Origin: Octopus sinensis | Lineage: Eukaryota | Direction: 5' to 3' | DNA length: 64,000 bases | Assembly (NCBI RefSeq): GCF_006345805.1 | Contig: NC_043003.1 | Location: 24,490,001-24,554,000 of the forward strand | Shown here: positions 26,101 through 40,300 of the stretch, piece after piece | How the letters are laid out: each line of letters starts with the position of its first letter | Numbering within the stretch: the stretch's first letter is position 1 | The notes under the pieces: generated by a model | The model's database searches: none | The model's input: the letters and a program-made list of their open reading frames with translations, nothing else | What the model was told of the DNA's origin: nothing | Translations under genes and position numbers: made by a program

Positions 26101-28338
26101 GATGAGTCAACGATTTTAAAAAAATTTACCATCATTTTTTTTCAATTTTTAATGCATTTTTTTGCTATTTTTTGGCTATAACTCTCTAAAAATGCTTATA
26201 TAGTTATTTCCCTTACAAACCCGAGCAACGCCGGGCGATACTGCTAGTTATACATAAATCCTTTACTCTGAAGGGAGACCCAATGGCCACAAAGGCAAAG
26301 TGCCTCATGCATTGTTTGAAAATATAAAATACAAACAAAAAAAAAGCAAACAATAAAGCAAAAGAAAAAAACGAGAAAAAATACACAAATAAAAAGATAA
26401 CAAAATAATGGTATTTCTTTACCTGAAGCAATAATTCGTAACCAATTCTAATTTCCAAGATTCTAATCACTAAATGAGCTTTTTTAAAGAATACATCTGC
26501 ATATTTAGGGGATACAAGGTGAGAATTTTTCACTGAAAAATGTAAAGTACTTGGTTCTTTTAGAGCAGAAGGATCTAAAACAATGGCACAAGTCTTCTCA
26601 TAGTCTGCAACTTCTTTCATTTCCTACAATGATAAATTAAGAAAGTAGCGAATCAACAAAGGCAAAATATAAAAATAAACATCATTTATGTTCTGATATA
26701 TAACAATACTTTTAATCGATGGTGTATATTCTTTCTTTTATTCCTTTACCTGTTTCAGTCATTTGACTGCGGTCACACTGGAGCACCACTTTACAATGTT
26801 TTTGTTTTTTTTGAATTGAAGAAATCAATCCCAGGACTTACTCTTTGTAAGCCTAGTACTTAGTCTGTCGGTCACTTTTGCTGAAACACTAAGTTGCAAG
26901 GATGTAAACTTACCAACACCGGTTGTCAATGGTGGAGGGACAAACACAGACACAAAGACACACTTACATAAATATACAAACACACACACACACATAATGA
27001 CAAGCTTCTTTTCAGTTTCCATCTACCAAATCTACTCACAAGGATTTGGTTGGCCCGAGGCTATAGTAGAAGACACTTGCCCAAGATTCTATGCAGTGAG
27101 ACTGATCCTGGAACCATGTGATTAGGAAGCAAACCTCTTACCACACAACCATGCCTGTGCTTATCCCCACAGCCATGCCTGCACCTATATATATATGCGT
27201 AAGCTCGCGAGAAATGAAGCTAGTATGCTCCGTTGGATGTGTAATGTTAGTGTTCATAGTCGACAGAGTGTAAGTACCTTGAGAGAAAAGTTGGACCTAA
27301 GAGGAATCAGATGTTGTGTGCAAGAGAGACGATTGCGCTGGTATGGTCATGTGGTGAGAATGGATGAAGATAGGTGTGTGAAAAAGTGCCACACCCTGGC
27401 AGTTGAGGGGACCTGTGGAAGAGGTAGACCCAGGAAAACCTGGGTCGAGGTGGTGAAGCACGACCTTCGAACTCTAGGTCTCACCAAGGAAATGACCAGA
27501 GACCGAGACCTATGGAAGTATGCTGTGCGTGAGAAGACCCGGCAAGACCAGTGAGAACAATCAAAATCAAATCATATATCAGAAAGCAGGGGTTAAGTGA
27601 CCCATCCGTTCGTGTCCGCTGTCAGCCTCGTCTGACACCCGTGCCGGTGATACGTAAAAGCACCATTCGCTCATGGCCGTTTGCCAGCTCTGCCTGGCCC
27701 CGTGTCGGTGGCACGTAAAAGCACCATCCGTTCGTGTTTGTTGCCAGCCTCGCCTGGCCCCGTGCCGGTGACACGTAAAAGCACCGTCCGTTCGTGGCCG
27801 TTTGCCAGCTCTGTCTGGCCCCGTGTCGGTGGCACGTAAAAGCACCATCCGTTCGTGGCCGTTAAAAGCACCATCCGTTCGTGGCCGTTTGCCAGCTCTG
27901 TCTGGCCCCGTGTCGGTGGCACGTAAAAGCACCATCCGTCCGTGTCCGTTGCCAGCCTCGGCTGGCCCCCGTGCCGGTGACACGTAAAAGCACCGTCCGC
28001 TCGTGGCCGTTTGCTAGCTCTGTCTGGCAACCGTGTCGGTGGCACGTAAAAGCACCATCCGTTCGTGTCCGTTGCCAGCATCGCCTGGCCCCGTGCCGGT
28101 GACACGTAAAAGCACCATCCGTTCGTGGCCGTTCGCCAGCTCTGTCTGGCACCTGTGCAGGTGGCACGTAAAAAACACCCACTACACTTGCGGAGTGGTT
28201 GGCGTTAGGAAGGGCATCCAGCCGTAGAAATACTGCCAGATCTGACTGGGCCTGACGAAGCCTTCCAGCTTCACAGACCCCAGTTGACCCGTCCAACCCA
28301 TGCTAGCATGGAAAGCGGACGCTAAACGATGATGATGA

Positions 28339-28382
<44 letters not shown>

Positions 28383-31300
28383 CTTCCGGTCTTTCAAAAT
28401 GTGACCTCGTGTGTACTGTTGGTGATTTTTTTTCCTCTGTCTTCCCTTCTCTGGATCTTTCCTTCTCCTATGTTTCCGATGAAGAGCTCTGCTCGAAACA
28501 TTAAACCCTCCTTCTTTCCTGAGCGTCCAATAATACTATATTTGTTCCACGTCCTCGCGTTGTTGTGTTTTTTGTGCTTTCTTGTTTGGAATAATTATAT
28601 ATATATATATACTATTGTGTCTGGGGAGAGTCATTTTCTTTTTGTGCCTTATTATGTAACACACTCACTGGTAAAATTTCCACATTTTTCTTATTTTTAT
28701 TGTCCTAAAATTTTCAAACTATTGAAAAGGTTACAAGACGCAACGAAAATTTTAGGACAATAAAAATAAGAAAAACGTGAAAATTTTACTGGTGAATGTG
28801 TTACATAATAAGGCACAAAAAGAAAATTACTCTCCCCAGACACAATAGAATATGCTTCAACACACGAACTCATATAAAGAATCTTGCAAACCAAATCCAA
28901 AAACGAAATATATATATTTTAAAAAGTGTAAACCAGTTAAGAATAACTCTTTTGTTACCTTATTTCTATTAAAATATACTGCTGAGAGGCAGGAGTATGA
29001 TAGAGGGGTAGGAAAAGGTGTCTTGCTGTAGAGGAAAATATGTGACTTCCTCAGCTAGAAAAAGGGAGATGTTAGGGAAGAAGTGTCAGGGCATACCCTC
29101 AAGGTACAAGAGGGAGAATGCAAGTGAGAGAGTGACAGAGGAAAAAGTGAGTGAGAATTGGGGCAGATCAGGTAAGTATGTAAGAGTGTGATATGAGCAG
29201 AAGTGGTTGTGTTGATAACTTGTTTGGTATGCTCTACTTCTTTCTTTCTTTGTTATGCTTTTATGGATGAGATAGATTTTTACAAATTTGGATTTGAGTA
29301 TTTTTGTTTTCAAAGCAACCAAGCAAATGATTTTACACCTGGATGCTTTCATCTCTTTCCAGTAATTAATTGCTCAACTATGAAATATAACCATACAATT
29401 TGTTGTCAACCACGTAAGCTGTTTTAATGCCTCGACCCAGAGTAGAACTAAACAGAAAAAAAAATAGCTAGAGTACTGTATTTTACAGGCTGTACAGTTC
29501 GCAGTGAAGACACATGGCTCAGTAGTTAGAGCATCGGACTCACAATCATGAGGCAGTGAGTTCAATTCGCAGACTGGGCTGTATGTTGTTTTCTTAAGCA
29601 AGATATTTTATTTCATGTTGCTCCAGTTCACTCAGCTGTAGAAATGCCAAGCTGTATCAGCCCTTGTTTTTCCCTCAGATAACATCAGTGGCATGGAGAG
29701 GAGAGCTGGTACGCATGAGTGACTGCTGGTCTTCCATAAACAACCTTACCCAGACTTGTGCCTCAGAGGGGAACTTTCTACATACAAACCCATGGTCATT
29801 CATGTATGAAGGTGGTCTTTATGTTTTACCCTTTACAGTTCATAAACTTATAAGGCACACCTCAATTTTGGCAGGCCCATTCTCAAACCACCACTTGCCA
29901 ATAACCTAAACCCAAAACCCTTTTTCACCTAAAAACATATACAGTTCACCCAACAGGTTACCATATCGAGGTTTTTCTTCTTAATTTTCTTTTTTTGTAA
30001 TTTGCTTACCTTTGAGATAAAATAGCGATATTCATTGTTTCCAAAGGATCTTTTAACAAACAGTCCAGTTAAATAACCTGCTATACCTTTGGTGAGCCAA
30101 GCATCAGTCCTGCCAATAAAAAAAAGAAAAGACCATTTAAAGACCTAACTATCATCATCATTGTTTTAATGTCCACTTTTCCATGCTAGCATGGGTTGGA
30201 CAGAGTTTGAGAAAGATTTTCTACAACCAGATACCTTTCTTGCTGCTAATTCTTATTTGTTTTCAAGTAAAGTAATATCACCGAATGTCTACACATATTT
30301 TCACAGAATACTGGAAATCAATGACACTCATCTACAACAAATATGTGATGTCAATGAATGTCACTGATTCCCAGTATTCTGCAAAAACATGCGTTCCTCT
30401 ACAGCAAGACACCTGTTTCCACCTATCTGTCTCTCTTATTTCTATATTGCCAACAAGGGGCTATACATAAAGGGGACAAACAAGGACAGACAAAGGGATT
30501 AAGTCGATTGCATCGACCCCAGTGCGTAACTGGTACTTAATTTGTCAGCCCTGAAAGGATGAAAGGCAAAGTCAACCTCGGCGGAATTTGAACTCAGAAT
30601 GTAACGGCAGACGAAATACCTATTTCTTTACTACCCACAAGGGGCTAAACACAGAGAGGACAAACAAGGACAGACAAACAGATTAAGTCAATAATATCGA
30701 CAACCAGTGCATAACTGGTATTTATTTAATCGACCCTGAAAGGATGAAAGGCAAAGTCGACCTCGGTGGAATTTGAACTCAGAATGTAGCGGCAGATGAA
30801 ATACCGCTAAGCATTTCGCCCAGCGTGCTAACATTTCTGCCAGCTCGCCTTCTCTCTGTCACACTCTAGACTTTCATCATCTGACACAAGATCACCTCCT
30901 CCAATGCTCCCTCTCCTCTCAAAGATTCTTTGTCTTCCAAGTTGATTGGTAGCCCTGCCACATAAAAAGCATCTTGTCTACACTGTAAAGTGACTGGCAT
31001 TTGGAAGGGCATCCAACTGTAAAAACCATGCCAAAACTGACCTCGCATTTGCTGGTGCCACGTAAAAAGCACAGTTCACTCTGTAGTGTGGTTAGTGTTA
31101 GGAAGGGCATCCATGCCAAAACAGACACAGACATCTGGTGCAGTCCTCCGCCTGGCCAACTCCTGTCAAACTGTCCAACCCATGCCAGCATGGAAGGCAG
31201 ATGTTAAATACTGATGATGATGATATATATGATGGGCTTCTTTCAGTTTCCATCTCACAAATCCACTCAAGGTTTTGTTGGTCCAAGGCTATAGTAGACA

Positions 31301-33101
31301 ACAACTTGCCCAAGGTGCCACTCAGTAGAACCAGACCCAAAACCATGTGATTGGGAAATAAATTTCTCAACTACACAGCCACACTTGCACCCATTATTCA
31401 TATTTTGTTATTTGTTTTCTAAATGGTTTTACATGTCGGCAGATGATTCTGCGATATGATTATACCAAATGAACAGCTCTTTCTAAAAGGAAAATGGGGA
31501 AAAGCATTTTGGGTTTTTTTTTCAGAGGGATAGAAGTACCTGTGACCATTCTACAGAGTTCCCAAGTCTGGGAGAAAATGGGAAAGCTCTTAATATCATC
31601 ATACCAAAGACCCAGTCCAAATACTCACAACAGAGAGAACTCCATTAAAAGCAAACAAGCCTGGATGGTGCTGAGAAACCAGGTAGCAATTACAATAGAC
31701 ATGTAAAGGCAAGTATCTTGTTTAAGGGAAATCAAAATCAAATTCAATGACTGGCATCCGTGCTAGTGGAGCACTAAGAGCACCATCTGAGCGTGATCAT
31801 TGCCAGAGCAGCTAACTGGCTTCTGTACCGGTGGCACGTAAAAAGCACCATTCGAACATAATTATTACCAGCGTCGCCTTACTGGCACGTGAAAAAAACA
31901 TTCGAGCGAAGTCGCTGCCAGTGCCACTGGACTGGCTCCTATGCAGGTGGCACATAAAAAACACCATTTGAGCGTGGCCGTTGCCAGTACTGCCCGACTG
32001 GCTCTCATGCTGGTGACACATAAAAGCACCCACTACACTCACGGAGTGGTTGGCGTTAGGAAGGGCATCCAGCTGTAGAAACTCTGCCAGATCAGATTGG
32101 AGCCTGGTGCAGCCATCTGGTTCGTCAGACCTCAGTCAAATCGTCCAACCCATGCTAGCGTGGAAAGCGGACGTTAAACGATGATGATGATGATGATGAG
32201 TTCAATAGCTTCTATTAAGAATGCATGTGTGTGTATGTGCATAAATGTGTGTATGTGTGTAAATAAAGAGAAAAAGATAAATGATTGGTCTCAAATTTTG
32301 CCAGAGGGCTGGCAGTTTTGTGGAAGGGGGTAAGTTGATTACATCAACCCTGGTGCTCTACTGATATTTATTTTACCGACCCCGAATGTATGAAAGGTGA
32401 AGTTGACCTTAGCAGAATTTGAACTGAGAGTGTAAAGACAGACAAAATAGGATTAAGCATCTTGCCCTGCAAAGATTGTGCAGCTCACTAGCTTAAGTGA
32501 AAGGGATTAATTATGAAAACAACTAAAATAAGCAGGTTATTTCAAAATATTAAAAAAATAAAAATAAAATAAAAACGGTAGTGGGGAAGAAATTCAATGT
32601 GAAGAAACAAGGGCAGAACCAGCAGAAATGGAAATAAAAATTCCTACTTACCATGAGTGCATTGTTATGAAGTTACCAAAGAACTGTTGTGCCACAGCAA
32701 ATGCCATGAGGTGACGAGATATCAGAGTTTGGTCAATGACACGAGTGGAATGGAGAAGTGACGTACTGAAAACAGATTAAGATTCCATAATCATTGTCAT
32801 GCACTCAGAAATGCAAAATGTGGATTGTCAGAAAGAAAAATACATACAAAAAAATAACAAAAATACAAACAAAAAGACCAGTTTCCACTCTCAAAACAGG
32901 ATTCTTCACTCACATCTGCAATGTTGTTATTTTGAAAAAGTCTGCGTTAGGTGCAGGTGTGTCTGTGTGGTTAGCAGTTTGTTTCCCAACATCGTGGTTC
33001 CAGGTTCAGTCCTACTGTATGGTACCTTGGACAAATGTCTTCTACTATAGCCCTAGGCCAACAAAGCCTTGTGAGAGGATTTAGTAACCAGAAACTCAGT
33101 T

Positions 33102-33143
<42 letters not shown>

Positions 33144-36100
33144 CATGCGTGTGTGTGCGTGTATGTTTGGGTTGGTTTCCTACAAACACTTATCAATCAG
33201 TGTTGGTTTGCTAACGTCCTCACAACTTAGCAGATCGGCAAATGAAACCGATAGAATAAGTACCAGGTTTAAAATAAATAAATAAATAAATAAATAAATA
33301 GATCGATAAATCCTGGGGTCGATTCGTTTCACTAAAACCATTCAAAGCAATGCTACAGCATGACCACAGTCGTGACTGAAACAAACAACAGGCAAAAGAT
33401 AAAAGACAAATTGATTTTCATGGAGTTATCTCCCTTGCTTCCTGCTGATTATTTTTTTAAAAACATCTACTGAGAACTTTTGCCTATACATAAATACATA
33501 CACATAATAGCAAAAATGGGCCGAGGTTCACTACAGATGTTTCAGACGCATGTTTGATTGAGGCACAAATCAATTACATCATGAAGAGATAATAAGTATA
33601 TTGATCTGTTCATGTACATGTAAGTGATAGGACAAGTTCGTATATACAGTTGATACACAAATATGCTGTTCTCGATCCTACCTCGGTATACTTTTTTTAT
33701 TAAAATATCTTGACGCTATTGGATCCTACAAATAATAATAATAATAATAATAACAATAATAATAATAACAACAACAATATATATGTCTGTGTATGTATGT
33801 GTGTGTGGGTGCATGTATATATATATATATATATAGATATATAACAAAAGGGACATTAGCCATAGGGACAGGGCAGGGCGGTGGGGGTGTTACTGATGCA
33901 TTTAGCCCCAGGCGATCATCAACGTCACCAGATAGGCTGACACAATGAAGAATCGAATACCGCAGCTCATAGTAGAGAACTTTTTGCCCACTCAAGATCG
34001 GCAATAATATATGGCAAGGCTGAATCCACCTGTGATACAGGCATAAACCGCCTAAAAGATGACATTAATTTTGTTTCCGTTTTGGTTGGAAAATTGTTCT
34101 CTGTGAACGAAAATGTCAGTGTTCTTAAGGTCGCTCGGCTAGGAAGATTCCAAGCGAACCCAACCGCAGATACTAGACCACGCCCAATAAGGGTAATCTT
34201 TTCTTCTGATCGGGAGGCTTCAGTCTTTCTGAACAGAGCTCAGACGCATGCCTGGGAGGACCCCAATATGGGTTTTCGCGAGGAATACTCACTAAGAGAG
34301 AGAATTCGCCGGAGGAACCTGATATCCGAGCTAAAGATGAGGAAACAAATGGGAGAGAAGGGTTTACGAATCCAAGATGGACAGATAATCAAGTCCTACC
34401 TCTGCTGTAGTGCTGACAGGGAAAGTGATGTGAGGGCAAATCGAAGTGAAGTTGATACCCCCGTCAACGATGCTATCTCTGATGCCCTTTATTCTGCTTG
34501 TTCCCCAACTCCCGCCCCTCAGACTTCACAGCTCAGCATCGTCTACACCAACTCGTGCTCCTTATTCCCAAAGTTCAGTGAACTATTTACACTGGCCCTA
34601 CGCGACTCCCCTGATGTGATAGCTATCACCGAGACTTGGCTGACTCCAGCAGTAAAGGACTCAGAGATCCACCTGCAGGGCTACGTCCTTTTCAGATGTG
34701 ACAGAGGAAAAAGGCAAGGTGGAGGTGTTGCTGTGTATGTTAAGTCTGAGCACAAACCGTCCTGCGGTATTCTACCCACAAATGCTCAACCTACAACCAA
34801 ATTCGATGCCGTCTATTGCAAGCTGAGCCTATCTGAGTTTTGCCTGCCCGTGTTGGCTGTCTACAGGCCGCCTCTAGCCGACCCCCAGGACGATGCTCAT
34901 CTACTCGAAGCGATAAGATTCGTTTCAGCTTCGCATGACTGCTTGGTACTAGGCGACTTCAACGCTCCCACGATCGATTGGCCCGCATCAATTTGTACAA
35001 CATCTTCCCGGTTCGGCCAGGCCCTTCTTGACGTGGCTGAAGATTGTTTTCTATCGCAACATGTTGAATATCCGACATGGCATCGGTCTGGGCAGCAGCC
35101 ATCTATGCTAGATCTGGTATTCTCCCGCTATCCAAGATCAGTGTCAGACGTATCTGTGTGCACCCCTCTTGCCAAGAGTGATCATGCGGTCCTGAAGTTC
35201 GTCATGCACACAACTTTTTCCACGCCCACGATTACTTCGCTGCCACGTAGAGTCTTCTCTGCAATTAATCTTGAAATTCTAACCGAGGCTTCCGCGCTTC
35301 TGACTGGCGTTCCCTGATGACGTTGTCCTCAGTTGACGAACTATGGTCATCCCTCAAAGCATATGTAATCTGTTTGACTGACCAGGCAGTTCCCGTTGGA
35401 CTTCCCAAGAGGAAGAAACACAAGCCCTGGGTGACGAAGAAGGTTAAACGAGAACGTCGACTCAGAGATATTGCTTGGGCTGAATTCAAAAATCTGGATT
35501 CGACTGCAGCTTTTGAGGTGTACAAAACTCAACGAGAGCGAGCCGTGAAAATTGAAAAGAAAGAACGCTTCAGTTATGAATACAAAATCGCGGCAAATGC
35601 CAGTAGCAATCCAAAAACCTTCTTTGCCCATGTCCAGCGGAATTCCCGCTTGAACAACCAGATTGCAACGTTGGTAGACTCAACAGGCGTATCGATTGAG
35701 GACCCTTATCAACAGAGTCAATTATTTGCCGAGGCTTTTTCAACTATTTTCAAACAAGATGATGGTCGTGAACCCCCTCCATTTGATAGATCGGTACCTC
35801 CAATGCTTCGATTGATCATCACGCGGGACCAAGTCAAACGTGTTATTCAAGGCCTCGATGTCAACAAGGGTCACGGCCCTGACGGCATACACCCACGGGT
35901 TATCAAAGCGTTGGCTCCGGTCATCTGCGAGCCCTTAACACGACTATTCAATATGTCATTGGCGACGGGTGTTATACCTGCAGACTGGAGAACAGCGATA
36001 ATCTGCCCAATTTTCAAGAAAGCGAGCCGCGCGAAGACCCGCTTAACTACCAACCGGTTTCCCTTACATCAATAATCAGCAAGATGTTCGAAACCATCCT

Positions 36101-37365
36101 TAAGAAAAGTATGATGCTCCACCTCCTAAACACAGCCTCGATCACTGATTCCCAACACGGCTTCGTGCCGAAGAGATCATGCTTGACCAACTTACTAGTA
36201 ATGGAAGAATTGGTGACGCGCATCCTCGATGATAGTGATGCTGTTGACATCGTTTTATTGGACTTTGCCAAAGCTTTTGACTCGGTAAACCACCGCCTAC
36301 TACTTGTCAAGCTTCAAGCATATAGTTTCCATCCGGATATTGTATGATGGGTTGGTGCCTTCCTCTCAGATCGCTCCTTCCAAGTTCAAGTTAATGGTTC
36401 GCGGTCCGACGTCTCCAGTGCGAGCAGTGGCGTGCCTCAAGGTTCAGTGCTTGGGCCCTTGTTGTTCTTAGTCTTAATAAATGACTTGCTCGACGACCTC
36501 ACGCAACACACCCTTCTATTTGCCGACGATATCAAACTGGTCGCTCCTCGCGGTAGTATAGAGGATCTTCGTCGATGCCTCCACCAAATTTGGGACCTGT
36601 GTCTGAACGTGTCAAAGTGCTGTCATCTGCCTGTCGGCTCTACTCCTGCAACTCAACTTGATTTCGAGCCGGGTCGTCTGCTGCTGGAGAGGACCGATCA
36701 GGTAAAGGACCTGGGTATCTTGGTGGATTCCTCCTTTTCGCCTTCGGCCCAGTGCGTCCATGCTGCCAACAAAGCGCGCGGAATTCTGTTTTTGATTCGA
36801 CGGTCATTCGGAATGCTCACAGCAGCCATATTCCTGCCACTCTATGTCACGCTGGTGAGACCCATATTGGAGTATGGGATTCAAGCCTCTTCTCCTTATC
36901 TCCTCAAAGACATACAGCACCTCGAAAGAGTCCAGAGGCTGGCTACCCACATGGTTCATGGTCTCAAATATTTGTCCTACGAAGAAAGGCTGAGGACGCT
37001 CGACCTTTGTTCTCTTGAAAAACGCCGCCGCCGTGGTGATCTCATTCTCACCCACAACATCATAAGCGGGAAGTGTAACCTCTCGAAAGAGCTGTTCTTC
37101 ACTCCTGCTCCGGAGCGTCAACAGCGGGATCATTCCGAAAAGCTCTACCTGCTACGATTTCATCTCAATCGAAGGAGAGGAGCTTTCTCCGTCCGGGTTG
37201 CAGATCCGTGGAACAAGCTGCCAGACGAGATGGTGAAGATGCCGACGACCGCTTTGTTCAAAGCCTCCCTGGACCTCAAGTGGCCTGAACTCTTTACATG
37301 AACACCACCCTGTACTTAACTCCATGTCCCCCTACATGGCCTTGCTATTTGCTTTTGAGCCAAAT

Positions 37366-37397
<32 letters not shown>

Positions 37398-40300
37398 ATA
37401 TATATACGATCAGCTTCTTTCAGTTTCCGTCTACTAAATTCACTCACAAGGCTTTGGTGGGCCCGAGGCTATGGTAGAAGATACTTGCCCAAGGTACCAT
37501 GCAGTGGGACTGAACCCAGAACCATACGGTTGGGAAGCAAGCTTCTTACCACAGACACGCCTGCACCTATTTATATAAGATCATAATCAATTTAAAGTTT
37601 ATTCTTCCATAGGTCAGATAAGTGTAAGTTGAAGAAAAAATGTTTGCAGCCATAAGCCATTCCTGTTGCCAGGTGCCACTTGTTGCTAAGCTAATAATCT
37701 CCCCATGTATTGAACAAAAAAACAATACAAACATGTTTTGTGAGGAGAACTGGAAGTACATGAAGCCATATAAATCAACCTTTTGTTTACAGATATTACG
37801 CAGAAGACCAGACATGCTTTCATGGTAGACTGCAAGCAACAACACTGTCAGAAAGGCATTGTTCACAAACCAGTGAACACAAGAGGCATACTTTCTCATT
37901 TACACACTCACACATTCAAGCAGGTGATGATAAGTTCCTGGCTTTGGGTAAAAGAAAATACAAGAGGATCAGTCAATTATGATTTAATTCAACACATTCC
38001 CCTCTCAGATTCACACACTTATTGCAATGGTCCTTCAGTTTTTTTTAAACCTTGTAAAAGAATTCAGAAGGTTGGGCCTCCAACCAGACCTTTCACGATA
38101 CTGTTAAAACCAGGAACTCTTCACCAACGCCTCATAGACAGATAGACAAGATATAGATATACATACATATACACGCACACACACTCATATACACACATAT
38201 ATATAAAACATATAGGCATACATACAGACAAATGTACAAAGTGTAAAACGTCTCAGTCCCCATAACAGTTTAAAAAAATAGAGTCAGAAGATGCAAACTT
38301 TAGACTTGATGGTTCAGCACATTAATCTGAACTAGAAAACCTTTCAGAGATTGCATGACTAACAAGAAATAGTAGCTAAATCTCCAACAAAATATAAACT
38401 TATCTTTTACTCATTTACAACTATTATGCAATAATAAGACTAGGAGACACACATACAAACCAAGGTGTACACATGTACATATGTATGTACAAGAAAGCAG
38501 TGCCATTGGTCCTTGCAGGCCCACAAAGGCAAGTGGCACTGATGCCATTAATATCTACATTTAACTGATGTAATATGACACCAGTAGAAAAGACATAAGC
38601 AAAGAAGAGATTCCAGAGGGTAATGTTCTGGGGAGGAAGGCCTGGGTAGCAATTAGTGCTGGTTCCGCAGAGGTTGAACCAAGAGTGATGATGAAGAGAA
38701 GAGATGACAAGTGACACTACCAAAGGACATGTAGGACACCAAGATTCTAAGTGTACTGTTCCTACAAAATGAAAAAAATAAAGACATGATGGTCACAGAT
38801 GGAATGCTTCTGATCATAGATCCACTTGATCAGAACTAAATTGGGACTATGCAACAATATCACAGCTATGCCACTATGTCTCTCAACTAAAAAATATACA
38901 AGAGTGGCTGTGTGGTAAGTAGCTTGCTTACCAACCACATGGTTCCGGGTTCAGTCCCACTACGTGGCACCTTGGGCAAGTGTCTTCTGCTATAGCCTCA
39001 GGCCGACCAAGGCCTTGTGAGTGGATTTGGTAGACAGAAACTGAAAGAAACCCATTGTATATATGTATATGTATATGTATATATATATATACATGTGTGT
39101 GTTTGTGTGTCTGTGTTTGTGCCCCCAACATCGCTTGACAACCAATGTGACCAATAGAATAAGGTACTAGGCTTAGAAAGAATAAGTCCTGGGGTCGATT
39201 TGCTCGACTAAAGGTGGTGCTCCAGCATGGCCACAGTCAAATGACTGAAACAAGTAATAGAGTAAAAAGAGTATCTATATGAACAGATGTTGACAACACT
39301 CAAGATAGCAGCTACATCAATTAACTGTTAATGCTATCATCAATTACATTCAACAGTTGACTATATCAAAAAGCACAGCTGCTGGCAATAATGACTTAGA
39401 ATATCTAGAATCATTTGAGTGAACACATTCACTTTTACAGCTTCTGGCTATACATTTATCATCATCATCGTCATCATTTAACATCCATTTTTCCATGCTG
39501 GCAGGGACTGGACGGTTTGACTGGGGTCAGGCAAGCCAGGAGAGTGCACCAGGCTCCAATCTGATCTGGCAGTGTTTCTACAGCTGGATGCCCTTCCTAA
39601 CGCCAACAACACTGAGAGTGTAGTGGGTGCTTTTTACGTGCCATTTGCACAGGAGCCAGATAGGGCGAGGGGTGGCTGGCTGGCATTGATCACATTTAGA
39701 TTGATGCCAGACACCCCTTGCCCCTTCTGGCTCCTGTGCCGGTGGCACGTAAAAAGCATTCACTATACTCTCAGAGTGGTTGGCATTAGGAAGGGCATCC
39801 AACTGTAGAAACCCTGGCAGATAAGTTATGTTAGTTATTAACATTTAATAATTACTAACTGTAAACTCTGTTGTCGAAGTATTAATTCCTATCAAATCTA
39901 CGCATACATAGGCACAGCTTGCTAACCAACCACATGGTTCCGGGTTCAGTCCCACTGCATGGCACCTTGGGCAAGTGTCTTCTGCTATAGCCCCGGGCCG
40001 ACCAATGCCTTGTGAGTGGATTTGGTAGACGGAAACTGAAAGAAGCCCGTTGTATATATGTATATATATATGTGTGTGCATGTATATTTGTGTGTCTGTG
40101 TTTGTCCCCCTAGCATTGCTTGACAACCGATGCTGGTGTATTTACGTCCCCGTTACTTAGCAGTTCGGCAAAAGAGACTGATAGAATAAGTACTGGGCTT
40201 ACAAAAGAATAAGTACCGGGATCGAGTTGCTCGATTAAAGGCGGTGCTCCAGCATGGCTGCAGTCAAATGACTGAAACAAGTAAAAGAGTAATACACATG

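Noticed and set aside
27600-28180. Regularly spaced repeats resembling a CRISPR array
   Set aside because: The intervening sequences are themselves repeated, so there are no unique spacers; the array is part of an RTE 3'UTR in a eukaryotic intron and no cas genes are present
33520-33590. Possible degenerate hammerhead on the minus strand (..ATGATG..hairpin..GAAAC)
   Set aside because: The core deviates too much and no convincing stem I was found
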